DNA of 64,000 bases from a bacterium. GTDB lineage: Bacteria; Krumholzibacteriota; Krumholzibacteriia; G020349025. Every line of letters begins with the position of its first letter. The stretch's first letter is position 1. Where the stretch lies: positions 3,664 through 67,663 of the forward strand of contig JANLSU010000048.1 in assembly GCA_031362565.1 (NCBI GenBank). Reading direction: 5' to 3'. A model generated the notes under the pieces. It was not told where the DNA came from, searched no databases, and saw nothing but the letters and a program-made list of their open reading frames with translations. Both the position numbers and the translations under genes were made by a program. This document shows positions 63,520 to 64,000 of this stretch, one piece after another.

Positions 63520-64000
63520 ATGGCCTCCAGTTCCAGTTTCAGTTTCGATGGCATGCACGTCGATTCGTCATTCCGTCCGGGTGCACGCGACGCGGCGATC
63601 GCGTTGGCGATCGCACTCGTGGCATCGCTGCTGCCGTTCCACCACCTGTTCCGCCTGCCGTTCGCGCTCGATGACTACACGTTTCTCCTGCAAGCGGCGG
63701 GGATCGACCCGGCGCCGTTCACGCTCCGGCGTTGGCTCTCGACGCACGCCTACTACGAAGCGATGCTGGGTGTTTTCGGGCCGCGGCCACTGCCGTGGCA
63801 CGGCGTCGCATTTCTGTTGCACGCGTCGTTGGCGGCCGGCGTTTGGGCGATGGCACGGCGCTTGGGTGCATCACGCCCGGCGGCGTACACGGCGTGCGGC
63901 CTGTTCGCTGCGAGTCCCGTCAATGTCACCGTCGTGTACTGGATCGCCTGCATTCAAGAGATCGGCGCCGGACTCTTCTTGGTGGCAGCGGCCTGGGTGA
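63520..64000 (+). CDS. Polytopic membrane protein, ArnT/PMT-like glycosyltransferase family (N-terminal part, runs off window end)
   Basis: My own translation from the ATG at 63520: MASSSSFSFDGMHVDSSFRPGARDAAIALAIALVASLLPFHHLFRLPFALDDYTFLL...LPWHGVAFLLHASLAAGVWAMARRLG. It has TM helices and the DD/loop pattern of GT-C enzymes. It is absent from the ORF track because no stop lies inside the window. Confidence 0.45.
   Translation, partial: MASSSSFSFDGMHVDSSFRPGARDAAIALAIALVASLLPFHHLFRLPFALDDYTFLLQAAGIDPAPFTLRRWLSTHAYYEAMLGVFGPRPLPWHGVAFLLHASLAAGVWAMARRLGASRPAAYTACGLFAASPVNVTVVYWIACIQEIGAGLFLVAAAWV

Overview
This is a high-GC (~68-70%) bacterial chromosomal segment, gene-dense on both strands. 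Several secreted proteins end in a por_Secre_tail/FlgD-Ig-type C-terminal domain, which suggests (inference only) a Gemmatimonadota-like or related high-GC lineage with T9SS-style cargo.

Main contents, in order along the window:

(1) 1..7676, minus strand: a five-gene respiratory operon. Every gene junction is translationally coupled (ATGA overlaps or a 1-nt gap). The genes are a GltD-like FAD/NAD(P) oxidoreductase with a C-terminal 2x[4Fe-4S] domain, a Rieske protein, cytochrome b, a heptahaem c-type cytochrome, and a TAT-exported NarG/NxrA-like molybdopterin (type II DMSO-reductase family) subunit that runs off the window start. An Rrf2 (IscR/NsrR-like) regulator is transcribed divergently.

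(2) 8393..11164: a ~1 kb segmental duplication. It carries a truncated HMG-CoA lyase copy and an AT-rich insert containing two perfect TGTGA-N6-TCACA palindromes.

(3) 10494..15663, minus strand: a leucine-catabolism cluster with HMG-CoA lyase, a split methylcrotonyl-CoA carboxylase alpha, and the carboxylase beta subunit.

(4) 15821..22076: a Cyc2-like monohaem cytochrome fused to an outer-membrane beta-barrel; a YceI protein; a Big_2 x4 lipoprotein with a PSCyt1-like haem domain; and a beta-propeller plus dihaem cytochrome c peroxidase (CCP) with a secretion CTD.

(5) 22289..31743: a zinc-ribbon plus Fis-HTH regulator, a metallophosphoesterase, a PreA-like dihydropyrimidine dehydrogenase subunit, a cupin, a GT4 glycosyltransferase, and a tandemly duplicated pair of secreted paralog families (A-B-A-B). 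These paralogs share a C-terminal IPAGY...SWxxVKxLYR module with a more distant secreted protein at 22289..22852.

(6) 31807..40102: a DapA-like lyase, a SpoU methyltransferase, a MATE pump, a TPR/FG-GAP lipoprotein, and a secreted HExxH metalloprotease with a CTD.

(7) 40107..46543, minus strand: a complete iscR-sufBCDS-sufU-sufT operon.

(8) 47199..54275, minus strand: an M16 peptidase pair, a Ser/Thr kinase, and an IDSDYE-repeat secreted protein.

(9) 54592..60511: an envelope cluster containing a TlpA-like thiol:disulfide oxidoreductase with an in-frame UGA (predicted selenocysteine, UxxC) and a hairpin 11 nt downstream, plus a canonical TlpA and two outer-membrane barrels.

(10) 60540..64000: an AHSA1-like protein, FabI, a TPR protein and a partial membrane glycosyltransferase.

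No rRNA, tRNA, CRISPR array, transposase or integrase was recognised.
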